Source: Eledone cirrhosa
Taxonomy: Eukaryota
DNA: 64,000 bases
NCBI GenBank assembly: GCA_964016885.1
Contig: OZ024741.1
Coordinates: 246,574,001 to 246,638,000, forward strand
Reading direction: 5' to 3'
Shown: in pieces, positions 1 through 12,200 of the stretch
How positions within the stretch are numbered: the first letter of the stretch is position 1
How the letters are laid out: each line of letters begins with the position of its first letter
Made by a program: the position numbers and the translations under genes
The notes under the pieces: model-generated
What the model was told of the DNA's origin: nothing
Seen by the model: the letters and a program-made list of their open reading frames with translations, nothing else
The model's database searches: none

Positions 1-394
1 CCCCTGATTTTTTTAAAAAAATTATCTCCCCTTCGCTGGCTGGAAATTATCTTCCCTTGGACGGCTGGAAATTATCTCACCTTGATTTTTTTTACAAATT
101 ATCTCCGCCTGATTTTTTTTTTAAATTATCTCTCCTTGGACGGCTGGAAATTATCTCCCCTTGATTTTTTTTACAAATAATCTCCCCCTGATTTTTTTTT
201 ATAAATTATCTCCCCCTGATTTTTTTTTACAAATTATCTACCCCTGATTTTTTTTTACAAATTATCTCCCCCTGATTTTTTTTACAAATTGTCTCCCCCT
301 GATTTTTCTTTTACAAATTATCTCCCCCTGATTTTTTTACAAATTATCTTCCACTGATTTTTTTTACAAATTATCTCCACCTGATTTTTTAAAA

Positions 395-685
395 AATTAT
401 CTCCCCTTGGAAGGCTGGAAATTATCTCCCCTTGGCTGGAAATTATCTCCCCTTGGACGGCTAGAAATTATCTCTCTTTGGACGGCTGGAAATTATCACC
501 CCTTGAGTTTTTTACAAATTATCTCCCCCTGATTTTTTTTACAAATCTCCCAGTGATTTTTTAAAAAAAATTATCTCCCCTTCGCTGGCTGGAAATTATC
601 TCCCCTTGGACGCTGGAAATTATAGCCCCTTGGAGGGCTGGAAATTATCTTCCCTTGGACGGCTGGAAATTATCTCCCCTTGATT
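395..685. repeat. Recurrent variant cassette M2 (example copy)
   Basis: Fixed order of variant monomers: GGAAGG, 21-bp A, GGCTAG/CTCTCTTTGG, TATCACCCCTTGAGT, AAATCTCCCAGTG, TTCGCTGGCTGG, GGACGCTGG, TATAGCCCC/GGAGGG, TATCTTCCC. The TATCACCCCTTGAGT marker recurs near 495, 2661, 4681, 8461, 11789, 16615, 20235, 23326, 27460, 30497, 33535, 35524, 39303, 44530, 48149, 51373, 55508, 58545 and 61555. Confidence 0.9.
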
Positions 686-721
686 TTTTTTACAAATTAT
701 CTCCCCCTTTTTTTTTTTTAC

Positions 722-960
722 AAATTATCTCCCCTTGGCTGGCTGGAAATTATCTCCCCTTGGAGGCTGGAACTTATCTCCCCTTGGACGGCTAGAAATT
801 ACCTCTCCTTGGACGGCTGGAAAATATGTCTCCTTGGACGGCTGGATATTATCTCCCCTTGGACGGCTGGAAATTATCTCCCCTTGGACGGCTGGAAATT
901 ATCTCCCCTTGGATGGCTAGATATTACCTCCCCTTGGACGGCTGGAAATTATCTCCCCTT
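722..960. repeat. Recurrent 9-monomer type-A cassette M1 (example copy)
   Basis: Ordered variants: GGCTGGCTGG, GGAGGCTGGAACTT, GGCTAGAAATTACCTCTCC, GGAAAATATGTCTCC, GGATATT, A, A, GGATGGCTAGATATTACC, A. The same or nearly the same 61-aa pseudo-ORF starts at 735, 1360, 5267, 8968, 9593, 10222, 21399, 22023, 23884, 28047, 31085 and at the equivalent sites in the second half. Confidence 0.92.
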
Positions 961-1850
961 GATTTTTTTAACAAATTATCTCCCCCTGATTTTTTTTTAC
1001 AAATGATCTCCCCCTGATTTTTTTTAAAAAATTATCTCCCCCTGATTTTTGTTTACAAATTATCTCCGCCTGATTTTTTTTAACAAATTATCTCCCCTTG
1101 GACTGCTGGAAATTATCTCCCCTTGGACGGCTGGAAATTATATCTCCTTGGACGGCTAGAATTTACCTCTCCTTGGACGGCTGAAAATTATCTCCCCTTG
1201 GACGGCTGGAAATTATCTCCCCTTGATTTTTTTTACAAATCATCTCCCCCTGATTTTTTTTTACAAATTATCTCCCCCTGATTTTTTTTTACAAATTATC
1301 TCCCCCTGATTTTTTTTTACAAATTATCTCCCCCTGATTTTTTTACAAATTATCTCCCCTTGGCTGGCTGGAAATTATCTCCCCTTGGAGGCTGGAACTT
1401 ATCTCCCCTTGGACGGCTAGAAATTACCTCTCCTTGGACGGCTGGAAAATATGTCTCCTTGGACGGCTGGATATTATCTCCCCTTGGACGGCTGGAAATT
1501 ATCTCCCCTTGGACGGCTGGAAATTATCTCCCCTTGGATGGCTAGATATTACCTCCCCTTGGACGGCTGGAAATTATCTCCCCTTGATTTTTTTTACAAA
1601 TTATCTCCCCCTGATTTTTTTTTACAAATTATCTCCCCCTGATTTTTTTTTACAAATTATCTCCCCCTGATTTTTGTTTACAAATTATCTCCGCCTGATT
1701 TTTTTTTTAAAATTATCTCCCCTTGGACGGCTGGAAATTATCTCCCCTTGGACGGCTAGAAATTACCTCTCCTTGGACGGCTGAAAATTATCTCCCCTTG
1801 GACGGCTGGAAATTATCTCCCCTTGATTTTTTTACAAATTATCTCCCCCT
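722..1850. repeat. ~625-bp higher-order repeat, about 1.8 copies
   Basis: M1 starts at 735 and 1360 (offset 625). The unit is M1, 4 B, 4-5 A, then 4-5 B. Confidence 0.85.
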
Positions 1851-3429
1851 GATTTTTTTTTTACAAATTATCTCCCCCTGATTTTTTTTTACAAATTATC
1901 TACCCCTGATTTTTTTTTACAAATTATCTCCCCCTGATTTTTTTTTACAAATTATCTACCCCTGATTTTTTTTACAAATTATCTCCCCCTGATTTTTTTT
2001 ACAAATTATCTCCCCCTGATTTTTTTTTTACAAATTATCTCCCCCTGATTTTTTTACAAATTATCTCCCCCTGATTTTTTTTACAAATTATCTCCGCCGG
2101 ATTTTTTTAAATATTATCTTCCCTTGGCTTGCGGGAAATTATCTCCCCTTGGACGGCTGAAAATTATCTCCCCTTGGACGGCTGGAAATTATCTCCCCTT
2201 GATTTTTTTTACAAATTATCTCCCCCTGATTTTTTTTTACAAATTATCTCCCCCTGATTTTTTTTACAAATTATCTCCCCCTGATTTTTTTTTACAAATT
2301 ATCTCCCCCTGATTTTTTTTACAAATTATCTCCCCCTGATTTTTTTTACAAATTATCTCCCCCTGATTTTTTTTACAAATTATCTCCCCCTGATTTTTTT
2401 TACAAATTATCTCCGCCTGATTTTTTTAAATATTATCTTCCCTTGGCTGGCGGGAAATTATCTCCCCTTGGACGGCTGGAAATTATCTGCCCTTGATTTT
2501 CTTTTTACAAATTAACTTCCACTGATTTTTTTTACAAATTATCTCCACCTGATTTTTTTAAAAATTATCTCCCCTTGGAAGGCTGGAAATTATCTCCCCT
2601 TGGCTGGAAATTATCTCCCCTTGGACGGCTAGAAATTATCTCTCTTTGGACGGCTGGAAATTATCACCCCTTGAGTTTTTTACAAATTATCTCCCCCTGA
2701 TTTTTTTTACAAATCTCCCAGTGATTTTTAAAAAAAAATTATCTTCCCTTCGCTGGCTGGAAATTATCTCCCCTTGGACGCTGGAAATTATAGCCCCTTG
2801 GAGGGCTGGAAATTATCTTCCCTTGGACGGCTGGAAATTATCTCCCCTTGATTTTTTTTACAAATTATCTCCCCCTGATTTTTTTTTACAAATTATCTCC
2901 CCCTGATTTTTTTTTACAACTTATCTGCGCCTGATTTTTTTAAAAAAATTATCTCCCCTTGGACGGCTGGAAATTATCTCTCCTTGGACGGCTGGAAATT
3001 ATCTCTCCTTGGACGGCTAGAATTTACCTCTCCTTGGACGGCTGAAAATTATCTCCCCTTGGACGGCTGGAAATTATCTCCCCTTGATTTTTTTTACAAA
3101 TTATCTCCCCCTGATTTTTTTTTACAAATTATCTCCCCCTGATTTTTTTTTACAAATTATCTCCCCCTGATTTTTTTTTACAAATTATCTCCCCCTGATT
3201 TTTTTTACAAATTATCTCCCCCTGATTTTTTTTTACAAATTATCTCCCCCTGATTTTTTTTTACAAATTATGTCCCCCTGATTTTTTTTTACAAATTATC
3301 TCCCCCTAATTTTTTTTTACAAATTATCTCCCCCTGATTTTTTTTTACAAATTATCTCCCCCTGATTTTTTTTTACAAATTATCTCCGCCTGATTTTTTT
3401 TTAAAAATTACCTCCCCTTGGACGGCTGG

Positions 3430-6400
3430 AAATTATCTCCCCTTGGACGGCTGGAAATTATCTCCCCTTGGACGGCTAGAAATTATCTCTCCTTGGACGG
3501 CTGAAAATTATCTCCCCTTGGACGGCTGCAAATTATCTCCCCTTGATTTTTTTTACAAATTATCTCCCCCTGATTTTTTTTACAAATTATCTCCCCCTGA
3601 TTTTTTTTACAAATTATCTACCCCTGATTTTTTTTACAAATTATCTCCCCCTGATTTTTTTTTACAAATTATCTCCCCCTGATTTTTTTTTACAAATTAT
3701 CTCCCCCTGATTTTTCTTTTACAAATTATCTCCCCCTGATTTTTTTACAAAGTATCCCCCCCTGATTTTTTTTACAATCTCCGCCTGATTTTTTTAAAAA
3801 TTATCTTCCCTTGGCTGGCGGGAAATTATCTCCCCTTGGACGGCTGGAAATTATCTCCCCTTGGAAGGATGGAAATTATCTCCCCTTGGACGGCTGGAAA
3901 TTATCTCCCCTTGCACGGCTGGAAATTATCTCCCATTGGACGGCTAGAAATTATCTCTCTTTGGACGGCTGGAAATTATCTCCCTTTGATTTTTTTTACA
4001 AATTATCTCCCTCTGATTTTTTTTACAAATCTCCCCCTGATTTTTTAAAAAAAATTATCTCCCCTTCGCTGGCTGGAAATTATCTCCCCTTGGACACTGG
4101 AAATTATAGCCCCTTGGAGGGCCGGAAATTATCTTCCCTTGGACGGCTGGAAATTATCTCCCACTGATTTTTTTTACAAATTATCTCCGCCTTATTTTTT
4201 TAAAAAATTATCTCTCCTTGGACGGCTGGAAATTATCTCCCCTTGATTTTTTTTACAAATAATCTCCCCCTGATTTTTTTTTACAAATTATCTCCCCCTG
4301 ATTTTTTTTTACAAATTATCTACCCCTGATTTTTTTTTACAAATTATCTCCCCCTGATTTTTTTTACGAATTATCTCCCCCTGATTTTTCTTTTACAAAT
4401 TATCTCCCCCTGATTTTTTTTACAAATTATCTCCGCCTGATTTTTTAAAATATTATCTTCCCTTGGCTGGCGGGAAATTATCTCCCCTTGGACGGCTGGA
4501 AATTATCTGCCCTTGATTTTCTTTTTACAAATTATCTTCCACTGATTTTTTTTACAAATTATCTCCACCTGATTTTTTAAAAAATTATCTCCCCTTGGAA
4601 GGCTGGAAATTATCTCCCCTTGGCTGGAAATTATCTCCCCTTGGACGGCTAGAAATTATCTCTCTTTGTACGGCTGGAAATTATCACCCCTTGAGTTTTT
4701 TACAAATTATCTCCCCCTGATATTTTTTACAAATCTCCCAGTGTTTTTTAAAAAAAATTATCTCCCCTTCGCTGGCTGGAAATTATCTCCCCTTGGACGC
4801 TGGAAATTATAGCCCCTTGGAGGGCTGGAAATTATCTTCCCTTGGACGGCTGGAAATTATCTCCCCTTGATTTTTTTTACAAATTATCTCCCCCTGATTT
4901 TTTTTTACAAATTATCTCCCCCTGATTTTTTTTTACAACTTATCTGCGCCTGATTTTTTTAAAAAAATTATCTTCCCTTGGACGGCTGGAAATTATCTCC
5001 CCTTGGACGGCTGGAAATTATCTCTCCTTGGACGGCTAGAATTTACCTCTCCTTGGACGGCTGAAAATTATCTCCCCTTGGACGGCTGGAAATTATCTCC
5101 CCTTGATTTTTTTTACAAATTATCTCCCCCTGATTTTTTTTTACAAATTATCTCCCCCTGATTTTTTTTTACAAATTATCTCCCCCTGATTTTTTTTTAC
5201 AAATTATCTCCCCCTGATTTTTTTTACAAATTATCTCCCCCTGATTTTTTTACAAATTATCTCCCCTTGGCTGGCTGGAAATTATCTCCCCTTGGAGGCT
5301 GGAACTTATGTCCCCTTGGACGGCTAGAAATTACCTCTCCTTGGACGGCTGGAAAATATGTCTCCTTGGACGGCTGGATATTATCTCCCCTTGGACGGCT
5401 GGAAATTATCTCCCCTTGGACGGCTGGAAATTATCTCCCCTTGGATGGCTAGATATTACCTCCCCTTGGACGGCTGGAAATTATCACCCCTTGATTTTTT
5501 TTACAAATTATCTCCCCCTGATTTTTTTTTACAAATTATCTCCCCCTGATTTTTTTTTACAAATTATCTTCCCCTGATTTTTGTTTACAAATTATCTTCG
5601 CCTGGTTTTTTTTTTAAATTATCTCCCCTTGGACGGCTGGAAATTATCTCCCCTTGGACGGCTAGAAATTACCTCTCCTTGGACGGCTGAAAATTATCTC
5701 CCCTTGGACGGCTGGAAATTATCTCCCCTTGATTTTTTTACAAATTATCTCCCCCTGATTTTTTTTTTACAAATTATCTCCCCCTGATTTTTTTTTTACA
5801 AATTATCTCCCCCTGATTTTTTTTTACAAATTATCTACCCCTGATTTTTTTTACAAATTATCTCCCCCTGATTTTTTTTACAAATTATCTCCCCCTGATT
5901 TTTTTTTACAAATTATCTCCCCCTGATTTTTTTTACAAATTATCTCCCCCTGATTTTTTTTACAAATTATCTCCGCCTGATTTTTTTAAATATTATCTTC
6001 CCTTGGCTGGCGGGAAATTATCTCCCCTTGGACGGCTGAAAATTATCTCCCCTTGGACGGCTGGAAATTATCTCCCCTTGATTTTTTTTACAAATTATCT
6101 CCCCCTGATTTTTTTTTACAAATTATCTCCCCCTGATTTTTTTACAAATTATCTCCCCCTGATTTTTTTTTACAAATTATCTCCCCCTGATTTTTTTTTA
6201 CAAATTATCTCCCTCTGATTTTTTTACAAATTATCTCCCCTTGGCTGGCTGGAAATTATCTCCCCTTGGACGGCTAGAAATTACCTCTCCTTGGACGGCT
6301 GGAAAATATGTCTCCTTGGACGGCTGGATATTATCTCCCCTTGGACGGCTGGAAATTATCTCCCCTTGGACGGATAGATATTACCTCCCCTTGGACGGCT

Positions 6401-9200
6401 GGAAATTATCTCCCCCTGATTTTTTTTACAAATCTCCCAATGATTTAAAAAAAAAAATTATCTCCCCTTCGCTGGCTGGAAATTATCTCCCCTTGGACGC
6501 TGGAAATTATAGCCCCTTGGAGGGCTGGAAATTATCTTCCCTTGGACGGCTGGAAATTATCTCCCATTGATTTTTTTTACAAATTATCTCCCCCTGATTT
6601 TTTTTACAAATTATCTCCCCCTGATTTTTTTTACAAATTATCTACCCCTGATTTTTTTTACAAATTATCTCCCCCTGATTTTTTTTTACAAATTATCTCC
6701 CCCTGATTTTTTTTTACAAATTATGTCCCCCTGATTTTTTTACAAATTATCTCCCCCTGATTTTTTTTACAATCTCCGCCTGATTTTTTTAAAAATTATC
6801 TTCCGTTGGCTGGCTGGAAATTATCTCCCCTTGGACACTGGAAATTATAGCCCCTTGGAGGGCTGGAAATTATCTTCCCTTGGACGGCTGGAAATTATCT
6901 CCCCTTGATTTTTTTTACAAATTATCTCCGCCTGATTTTTTTTTACAAATTATCTCCCCCTGATTTTTCTATTACAAATTATCTCCCCCTGATTTTTTTA
7001 CAAATTATCTCCCCCTGATTTTTTTTACAAATTATCTCCGCCTGATTTTTTTAAATATTACCTTCCCTTGGCTGGCGGGAAATTATCTCCCCTTGGACGG
7101 CTGGAAATTATCTGCCCTTGATTTTCTTTTTACAAATTATCTTCCACTGATTTTTTTTACAAATTATCTCCACCTGATTTTTTAAAAAATTATCTCCCCT
7201 TGGAAGGCTGGAAATTATCTCCCCTTGGACGGCTGGAAATTATCTCCCCTTGGACGGCTAGAAATTATCTCTCCTTGGACGGCTGAAAATTATCTCCCCT
7301 TGGACGGCTGCAAATTATCTCCCCTTGATTTTTTTTACAAATTATCTCCCCCTGATTTTTTTTACAAATTATCTCCCCCTAATTTTTTTTACAAATTATC
7401 TACCCCTGATTTTTTTTACAAATTATCTCCCCCTGATTTTTTTTTACAAATTATCTCCCCCTGATTTTTTTTTACAAATTATCTCCCCCTGATTTTTTTT
7501 TTACAAATTATCTCCCCCTGATTTTTTTACAAATTATCTCCCCCTGATTTTTTTTACAATCTCCGCCTGATTTTTTTAAAAATTATCTTCCCTTGGCTGG
7601 CGGGAAATTATCTCCCCTTGGACGGCTGGAAATTATCTCCCCTTGGAAGGATGGAAATTATCTCCCCTTGGACGGCTGGAAATTATCTCCCCTTGCACGG
7701 CTGGAAATTATCTCCCCTTGGCTGGAAATTATCTCCCCTTGGACGGCTAGAAATTATCTCTCTTTGGACGGCTGGAAATTATCTCCCTTTGATTTTTTTT
7801 ACAAATTATCTCCCTCTGATTTTTTTTACAAATCTCCCCCTGATTTTTTAAAAAAAATTATCTCCCCTTCGCTGGCTGGAAATTATCTTCCCTTGGACGG
7901 CTGGAAATTATCTCCCCTTGATTTTTTTTACAAATTATCTCCGCCTGATTTTTTTTAAAAATTATCTCTCCTTGGACGGCTGGAAATTATCTCCCCTTGA
8001 TTTTTTTTACAAATAATCTCCCCCTGATTTTTTTTTACAAATTATCTCCCCCTGATTTTTTTTTACAAATTATCTACCCCTGATTTTTTTTTACAAATTA
8101 TCTCCCCCTGATTTTTTTTACAAATTATCTCCCCCTGATTTTTCTTTTACAAATTATCTCCCCCTGATTTTTTTACAAATTATCTCCCCCTGATTTTTTT
8201 TACAAATTGTCTCTGCCTGATTTTTTTAAATATTATCTTCCCGTGGCTGGCGGGAAATTACCTCCCCTTGGACGGCTGGAAATTATCTGTCCTTGATTTT
8301 CTTTTTACAAATTATCTTCCACTGATTTTTTTTACAAATTATCTCCACCTGATTTTTTAAAAAATTATCTCCCCTTGGAAGGCTGGAAATTATCTCCCCT
8401 TGGCTGGAAATTATCTCCCCTTGGACGGCTAGAAATTATCTCTCTTTGGACGGCTGGAAATTATCACCCCTTGAGTTTTTTACAAATTATCTCCCCCTGA
8501 TTTTTTTTACAAATCTCCCAGTGATTTTTAAAAAAAAATTATCTCCCCTTCGCTGGCTGGAAATTATCTCCCCTTGGACGCTGGAAATTATAGCCCCTTG
8601 GAGGGCTGGAAATTATCTTCCCTTGGACGGCTGGAAATTATCTCCCCTTGATTTTTTTTACAAATTATCTCCCCCTGATTTTTTTTTACAAATTATCTCC
8701 CCCTGATTTTTTTTACAACTTATCTGCGCCTGATTTTTTTAAAAAAATTATCTCCCCTCGGACGGCTGGAAATTATCTCTCCTTGGACGGCTAGAATTTA
8801 CCTCTCCTTGGACGGCTGAAAATTATCTCCCCTTGGACGGCTGGAAATTATCTCCCCTTGATTTTTTTTACAAATTATCTCCCCCTGATTTTTTTTTACA
8901 AATTATCTCCCCCTGATTTTTTTTTACAAATTATCTCCCCCCTGAATTTTTTACAAATTATCTCCCCTTGGCTGGCTGGAAATTATCTCCCCTTGGAGGC
9001 TGGAACTTATCTCCCCTTGGACGGCTAGAAATTACCTCTCCTTGGACGGCTGGAAAATATGTCTCCTTGGACGGCTGGATATTATCTCCCCTTGGACGGC
9101 TGGAAATTATCTCCCCTTGGACGGCTGGAAATTATCTCCCCTTGGATGGCTAGATATTACCTCCCCTTGGACGGCTGGAAATTATCTCCCCTTGATTTTT
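3430..9200. repeat. Diverged ~3.7-3.8-kb-offset repeat (~3430-5500 vs ~7210-9200)
   Basis: Matching pseudo-ORFs at 3443/7225 and 3811/7593 (offset 3782). The CTCTCTTTG marker at ~4668/8446 and M1 at 5267/8968 also match. Several monomer indels and substitutions separate the copies. Confidence 0.7.
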
Positions 9201-12200
9201 TTTACAAATTATCTCCCCCTGATTTTTTTTTACAAATTATCTCCCCCTGATTTTTTTAAAAAAATTATCTCCCCCTGATTTTTGTTTACAAATTATCTCC
9301 GCCTGATTTTTTTTAAAAAATTATCTCCCCTTGGACGGCTGGAAATTATCTCCCCTTGGACGGCTGGAAATTATATCTCCTTGGACGGCTAGAATTTACC
9401 TCTCCTTGGACGGCTGAAAATTATCTCCCCTTGGACGGCTGGAAATTATCTCCCCTTGATTTTTTTTACAAATTATCTCCCCCTGATTTTTTTTTACAAA
9501 TTATCTCCCCCTGATTTTTTTTTACAAATTATCTCCCCCTGATTTTTTTTTACAAATTATCTCCCCCTGATTTTTTTACAAATTATCTCCCCTTGGCTGG
9601 CTGGAAATTATCTCCCCTTGGAGGCTGGAACTTATCTCCCCTTGGACGGCTAGAAATTACCTCTCCTTGGACGGCTGGAAAATATGTCTCCTTGGACGGC
9701 TGGATATTATCTCCCCTTGGACGGCTGGAAATTATCTCCCCTTGGACGGCTGGAAATTATCTCCCCTTGGATGGCTAGATATTACCTCCCCTTGGACGGC
9801 TGGAAATTATCTCCCCTTGATTTTTTTTACAAATTATCTCCCCCTGATTTTTTTTTACAAATTATCTCCCCCTGATTTTTTTTTACAAATTATCTCCCCC
9901 TGATTTTTGTTTACAAATTATCTCCGCCTGATTTTTTTTTTAAAATTATCTCCCCTTGGACGGCTGGAAATTATCTCCCCTTGGACGGCTAGAAATTACC
10001 TCTCCTTGGACGGCTGAAAATTATCTCCCCTTGGACGGCTGGAAATTATCTCCCCTTGATTTTTTTACAAATTATCTCCCCCTGATTTTTTTTTTACAAA
10101 TTATCTCCCCCTGATTTTTTTTTTACAAATTATCTCCCCCTAATTTTTTTTTACAAATTATCTCCCCCTGATTTTTTTTACAAATTATCTCCCCCCTGAT
10201 TTTTTTACAAATTATCTCCCCTTGGCTGGCTGGAAATTATCTCCCCTTGGAGGCTGGAACTTATCTCCCCTTGGACGGCTAGAAATTACCTCTCCTTGGA
10301 CGGCTGGAAAATATGTCTCCTTGGACGGCTGGATATTATCTCCCCTTGGACGGCTGGAAATTATCTCCCCTTGGACGGCTGGAAATTATCTCCCCTTGGA
10401 TGGCTAGATATTACCTCCCCTTGGACGGCTGGAAATTATCTCCCCTTGATTTTTTTTACAAATTATCTCCCCCTAATTTTTTTTTACAAATTATCTCCCC
10501 CTGATATTTTAAAAAAAATTATCTCCCCCTGATTTTTGTTTACAAATTATCTCCGCCTGATTTTTTTTAAAAAATTATCTCCCCTTGGACGGCTGGAAAT
10601 TATCTCCCCTTGGACGGCTGGAAATTATATCTCCTTGGACGGCTAGAATTTACCTCTCCTTGGACGGCTGAAAATTATCTCCCCTTGATTTTTTTACAAA
10701 TTATCTCCCCCTGATTTTTTTTTACAAATTATCTCCCTCTGATTTTTTTTTACAAATTATCTCCCCCTGATTTTTTTTTACAAATTATCTCCCCCTGATT
10801 TTTGTTTACAAATTATCTCCGCCTGATTTTTTTTTAAAAATTATCTCCCCTTGGACGGCTGGAAATTATCTCCCCTCGGACGGCTAGAAATTACCTCTCC
10901 TTGGACGGCTGAAAATTATCTCCCCTTGGACGGCTGGAAATTATCTCCCCTTGATTTTTTTACAAATTATCTCCCCCTGATTTTTTTTTACAAATTATCT
11001 CCCCCTGATTTTTTTTTAGAAATTATCTACCCCTGATTTTTTTTACAAATTATCTCCCCCTGATTTTTTTTTACAAATTATCTACCCCTGATTTTTTTTA
11101 CAAATTATCTCCCCCTGATTTTTTTTACAAATTATCTCCCCCTGATTTTTTTTTTACAAATTATCTCCCCCTGATTTTTTTACAAATTATCTCCCCCTGA
11201 TTTTTTTTACAAATTATCTCCGCCGGATTTTTTTAAATATTATCTTCCCTTGGCTTGCGGGAAATTATCTCCCCTTGGACGGCTGAAAATTATCTCCCCT
11301 TGGACGGCTGGAAATTATCTCCCCTTGATTTTTTTTACAAATTATCTCCCCCTGATTTTTTTTTACAAATTATCTCCCCCTGATTTTTTTTACAAATTAT
11401 CTCCCCCTGATTTTTTTTTACAAATTATCTCCCCCTGATTTTTTTTACAAATTATCTCCCCCTGATTTTTTTTACAAATTATCTCCCCCTGATTTTTTTT
11501 TACAAATTATCTCCCCCTGATTTTTTTACAAATTATCTCCCCCTGATTTTTTTTACAAATTATCTCCGCCTGATTTTTTAAAATATTATCTCCCCTTGGA
11601 CGGCTGGAAATTATCTGCCCTTGATTTTCTTTTTACAAATTAACTTCCACTGATTTTTTTTACAAATTATCTCCACCTGATTTTTTTAAAAATTATCTCC
11701 CCTTGGAAGGCTGGAAATTATCTCCCCTTGGCTGGAAATTATCTCCCCTTGGACGGCTAGAAATTATCTCTCTTTGGACGGCTGGAAATTATCACCCCTT
11801 GAGTTTTTTACAAATTATCTCCCCCTGATTTTTTTTACAAATCTCCCAGTGATTTTTAAAAAAAAATTATCTTCCCTTCGCTGGCTGGAAATTATCTCCC
11901 CTTGGACGCTGGAAATTATAGCCCCTTGGAGGGCTGGAAATTATCTTCCCTTGGACGGCTGGAAATTATCTCCCCTTGATTTTTTTTACAAATTATCTCC
12001 CCCTGATTTTTTTTTACAAATTATCTCCCCCTGATTTTTTTTACAACTTATCTGCGCCTGATTTTTTTAAAAAAATTATCTCCCCTTGGACGGCTGGAAA
12101 TTATCTCCCCTTGGACGGCTGGAAATTATCTCTCCTTGGACGGCTGAAAATTATCTCCCCTTGGACGGCTGGAAATTATCTCCCCTTGATTTTTTTTACA

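Noticed and set aside
735-750. Chi-like GCTGG words (GGCTGGCTGG, GGCTGGCGGG)
   Set aside because: I saw no exact GCTGGTGG, and nothing indicates a RecBCD context.
1822-2430. Rho-independent terminators or phased A-tract curvature in B runs
   Set aside because: The T-tracts lack a preceding GC hairpin. Spacing of 27-28 bp is about 2.6 helical turns, so neighbouring bends would not add in phase.
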